From: Octopus bimaculoides
Taxonomy: Eukaryota
NCBI RefSeq assembly: GCF_001194135.2
Contig: NC_068983.1
Location: 161,582,620 to 161,616,866 of the forward strand
DNA: 34,247 nt
Direction of reading: 5' to 3'
Of the stretch, positions 30,517 through 34,247 are shown one piece after another. Made by a program: the position numbers and the translations under genes. Below the pieces are notes generated by a model. That model made no database searches, had not been told where the DNA came from, and worked only from the letters and a program-made list of their open reading frames with translations. Within the stretch, counting starts at the first letter, position 1. Each line of letters opens with the position of its first letter.

Positions 30517-30810
30517 GGAGGCACATGGGCTAGTGGCTAGAGCAACGGACTCGCAGTCAAGGGATCATGGGTTCAAATCTCAGACCAGGCGATGTGTGTA
30601 TTTATGAATGCAACACCTAAACTCCACATGGCTCTAGCAGAAGGTAATGGCGAACTTCTGTTGACTCTTTCACCTCAACTTTCTCCTGCATCTAGCAGCT
30701 CACCTGCGACGGATTGGCGTCCCATCTAGGTGGAGAACTTATACTCCAGTGAAACCAAGAAACCGGCCCTTATGAACCAGGCATGGCTTGAGAAGGAACA
30801 AACAACAACA
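30517..30810 (+). mobile_element. tRNA-derived SINE, another family, (AAC)n tail
   Basis: gggctagtggctagag A box, gggttcaaatct B box, ...gaaaccggcccttatg...ggaacaaacaacaac. A family-1/2 head remnant lies at about 30160-30300. Confidence 0.7.
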
Positions 30811-31127
30811 TTCTTTGATTAACCCACGTGTGTGCGTGCGTGCGTGCGTGCGTGCGTGTCCTTGTCATAATCAGGTGATTGTTGTAGATCAATGTCTTTC
30901 ATTTCCAGTGTTATGCAAAATATATGTCTAGCTATGGGGAAATATTACCTTGCTAGGAAACAGGTAAGGGTCAGTGACCATTGAAAATATGTTTCCAATA
31001 AGTTCCACCTGACCCATGCAAGTATGAAAAAGTGGTTGTTAAAACGATGATGAATTTGTCAACTCAGTTTTATTTTATTTATCTTTTGTTTAGAGAGAAC
31101 CATGATTAATATTTGAATTCTTAAACA

Positions 31128-31182
31128 TCATCATCATCATCATTGTTTAACGTCCGCTCTCCATGCTAGCATGGGTTGGACC
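31128..31182 (-). mobile_element. Ultra-short RTE 3' end (~55 bp)
   Basis: (CAT)5-tgtttaacgtccgctctccatgctagcatgggttggac, then unrelated DNA. Confidence 0.8.
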
Positions 31183-32363
31183 CTTAATCATTTTCCTACA
31201 AAACAGATGTTTTAAAAGCAAAGTGTTTGACATTTTAAATCAAATTGTCATTTCACATACTGCATTGTTTAAAAACTTTCCTACAAGCTCAAAATGTTTT
31301 TTAATATAGGAAAGCTACCTGACATAATTTTACAAAATAGGCATCAGTTAGGCATTACATCTAAGGAATGTAAAGAGTAGCATGTTTGTTAAATAATTTG
31401 TTCTGGATTACCTGTGACATGAAAGACTTCTTATTGTCTGTTTAAATGTTTAGTTTTGGAATTAAAACTGAAATTTAAAGGTGGTACATTAGCAATGATA
31501 AACATTATTTATCACATTTTGAACATTCCAAAATTAGATTAGTGATATAAAAGTAGTGATAAACAAATTGATTCTTTAATACAGCTATTGAGTAACTTTA
31601 GTCAGATCTATCTTTGAACCTACGGTTCATATGAAATCCATTATCTCAGATTGTGAAACTTGCTAATTTAATGAAAACATAAATGAAGTATTTTGATGTT
31701 TTGATGAGTTATCAGACTATTAACCTCATCTTAAGTGTTAAACAATTTGTTTTGATCAGGTGTCTTATTTTAGAATGCACACAAAGTACCAGATATGGTT
31801 ATCGGGTGTCTTATTTCTGCACTGTACTCTTGTGTGCTCTTGTTTTGACATCATGTGATGGTTGTAAGCATGCATCAGTGCCATACAAGTGGCGTTGTTC
31901 ATTTCCGGTCTTCTGTGGAAAAACATTTCAGGCCAAAGGAAAATATTCCCTTACATGGAAACAGGTAAGGGCTGGCAACAGGAAAGGCATCTAGAAAATC
32001 TACCTCAATAAATTCCATCTGACCCATGTGAGCAAGGAGCAGTAGATGTTGATGATGATATTCCACAAGGTACATCTGATGTACAAGTTGATAATCATCA
32101 TCAAATGCCTTATTCCTGAATGTGTGCATTCTATCAGACTGAATTCTATGCAAAACATTTCATTTCTAAACCATGGGTAATAACACTTTTCTATAAGTAA
32201 ACGAGTCTATGCAATTCATAATTTCATATAGCACTAGGTTCTTGACAGAGACTATTATTTTGTATGTTGCAAACAGTTTTCTCTTCATTTACTTTGAGAA
32301 AGGTATGCATGTCACCTCTAACTCTAATTAGTATGAACATCTGGAAATTATTTTACAAGACTA

Positions 32364-32764
32364 TACTCTTTACTCTTTTACTTGTTTCAGTCATTTGACT
32401 GTGGCCATGCTGGAGCACCGCATTTAGTCGAGCAAATCGACCCCGGGACTTATTCTTTGTAAGCCTAGTAATTATTTTATCGGTCTCTTTTGCCGAACCG
32501 CTAAGTGACGGGACATAAGCACACCAGCATCGGTTGTCAAGCAATACTAGGGGGACAAACACAGACACACAAACACACACACAGACACATATATATATAT
32601 ACATATATACGACGGGCTTCTTTCAGTTTCCGTCTACCAAATCCACTCACATGGCTTTGGTCGGCTCGAGGCTATAGTAGAAGACACTTACCCAAGGTGC
32701 CACGCAGTGGGAATGAACCCGGAACCATGTGGTTGGTAAGCAAGCTACTTTCCACACAGCCACT
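32364..32764 (-). mobile_element. Young tRNA-derived SINE (family 1), antisense; a related older partial copy follows at about 32815-33020 with a T30 run
   Basis: Reverse complement of 6790-7174 with few mismatches; poly-T at 32940-32969. Confidence 0.9.
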
Positions 32765-32938
32765 TGTGTGTATGTTTTCTTATAAATATTCAATTCATTT
32801 TCTGTATTGTTTTTTTTTTCTTTCACTTGTTTCAGTCATTAGACTGCTGCCATTCTGGGGCACCACCTTGAAGAGTTTTTAATTGAACAAATCAACCCCA
32901 GTACTTCTTTTTTTTTAAGCCTGGTACTTATTCTACCG

Positions 32939-32970
<32 letters not shown>

Positions 32971-33114
32971 TCGAACCACTAAGTTACAGGGACATAAACA
33001 AACCAACACCAGCTGTCAGGTGGTGGTGTAACACACGTATATGTATCACCAGAAAATCATAAATCCGAAAATGAAGCACACTCTAGGTTATAAAGCAGTA
33101 TAGTATCGAGATAG

Positions 33115-33637
33115 AGATAGATATGGCCAGTTTATGGGGTTACCTTGGGTTTCACGTCCATAAAGCGCTTAGTTTTACAGTGTTTCTTCAGACGCTAGGC
33201 CTATAGTCCCTCTAGCAAGGAAGGAGAAAAAGACTTTGTTACTGTCAACAACAGGGGATTGTCTCCTTTGAGTGCTACTCGTAACTGACTGTTATCGTGA
33301 GGGTCCCAGGACGCCAACAGGAATTCCCTAAAGTGCGAACATGGTCCAAAGACTTCCCTTCTTGCACTTCCAGAAATTTCTGTTGCACCCTGGGACCCAC
33401 ACGATAACAAGGTCAATTACGAGTAGCAGTCGAAGGGAGACAATCCCCTATTGTTGATATACAGTAGCAAAGTCTTCTCTTCCTCCACTTTCTAGAGAGG
33501 CTAGCCCAGGGTGCCATGCCTGTATGATGAGAATTATGTAATAAGCATTTGGTATTTACTATGAAGAAACACTGTAAAGCTAAGCATTTTCTGGACATGA
33601 AACCCAGGCTAACTTCAGAGATCAGCCATATCTATCT
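33115..33637. mobile_element. Palindromic MITE/foldback-like element (~520 bp, ~200-bp arms)
   Basis: agatagatatggcc...gggtttcacgtccataaagcgcttagttttacagtgtttcttca and aaagactttgttactg...gggtcccagg match the reverse complement of the right side; the right arm has about 45 extra bp; no ORF. Confidence 0.85.
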
Positions 33638-33997
33638 TCATATATATAATACATTAAAAGTTAGTTTGAATCTTGCCTGCTTGCAATGTTACACAGCCAA
33701 ACTGGTGCACAATGGGAAAATACTATGAATTAAGTTTACCCTGATATGTTAATACAAATGGAATAAAACAAGTTTTGTGTAAATTGGACAAGTAGTTTTG
33801 GAAATATTAGAGGCTTTGGGATATAAATACCCAAAACGGTGCATAATGGGGAAAATATCCTGAATATAATGTTAATCCTGAAAGGGAATTATCTTTCAAT
33901 TAGACACAGTGACTTGACAATGAAATAATATGAGTTTTTTTGGAGTAAATGTTTCTATTTTCACTTTTTGATAATTTAGAAATATTTTTAAGTGAAT

Positions 33998-34247
33998 CAT
34001 CATCATCATCATCATCGTTTAACGTCCGCTTTCCATGCTAGCATGGGTTGGACGATTTGACTGAGGACTGGTGAAACCGGATGGCAACACCAGGCTCCAG
34101 TCTGACTTGGCAGAGTTTCTACAGCTGGATGCCCTTCCTAACGCCAACCACTCAGAGAGTGTAGTGGGTGCTTTTACGTGTCACCCGCACGAAGGCCAGT
34201 CAGGCGATACTGGCAATGGCCACGCTCGAAATGGTGTCTTTTATGTG
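33998..34247 (-). mobile_element. Young RTE 3' end running off the window edge
   Basis: (CAT)6-cgtttaacgtccgctttccatgctagc..., entering the 66-bp repeat at about 34165. Confidence 0.9.

Noticed and set aside
31094-31110. tttag|AGAGAACCATGA as a candidate acceptor for the next exon
   Set aside because: Stops after 3 codons (REP*); the other frames also close quickly.

Overview
AT-rich, intron-rich eukaryotic genomic DNA. The repeat set (RTE-type (GAT)n tails, tRNA-derived SINEs, Penelope-like relics) looks like octopus/coleoid cephalopod; this is recognition from memory, not a database hit. The + strand carries 16 internal coding exons (1262-30004; 1776 nt, 592 codons) of TTC21B/IFT139, the TPR subunit of IFT-A. 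All exons are bounded by AG/GT and join in phase with no stops. The gene start lies upstream of the window and the last exons lie downstream. The introns are packed with transposon remains: a 5'-truncated RTE LINE, two Penelope-like relics (RT; GIY-YIG), a truncated mariner, the 5' half of a CR1/L2-type LINE with a nearly open ORF1, a Helitron with both ends and a PIF1 fragment, one solo LTR plus one probable LTR, several SINE families and a ~520-bp palindromic MITE. The most unusual signal is a 174-bp palindrome in intron 9 whose arms are minimal type I hammerhead ribozyme motifs. The antisense copy has an intact catalytic core and the sense copy is mutated. A third, decayed copy lies at the 3' end of the GIY-YIG Penelope relic. 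There is one 10-N assembly gap (10263-10272).
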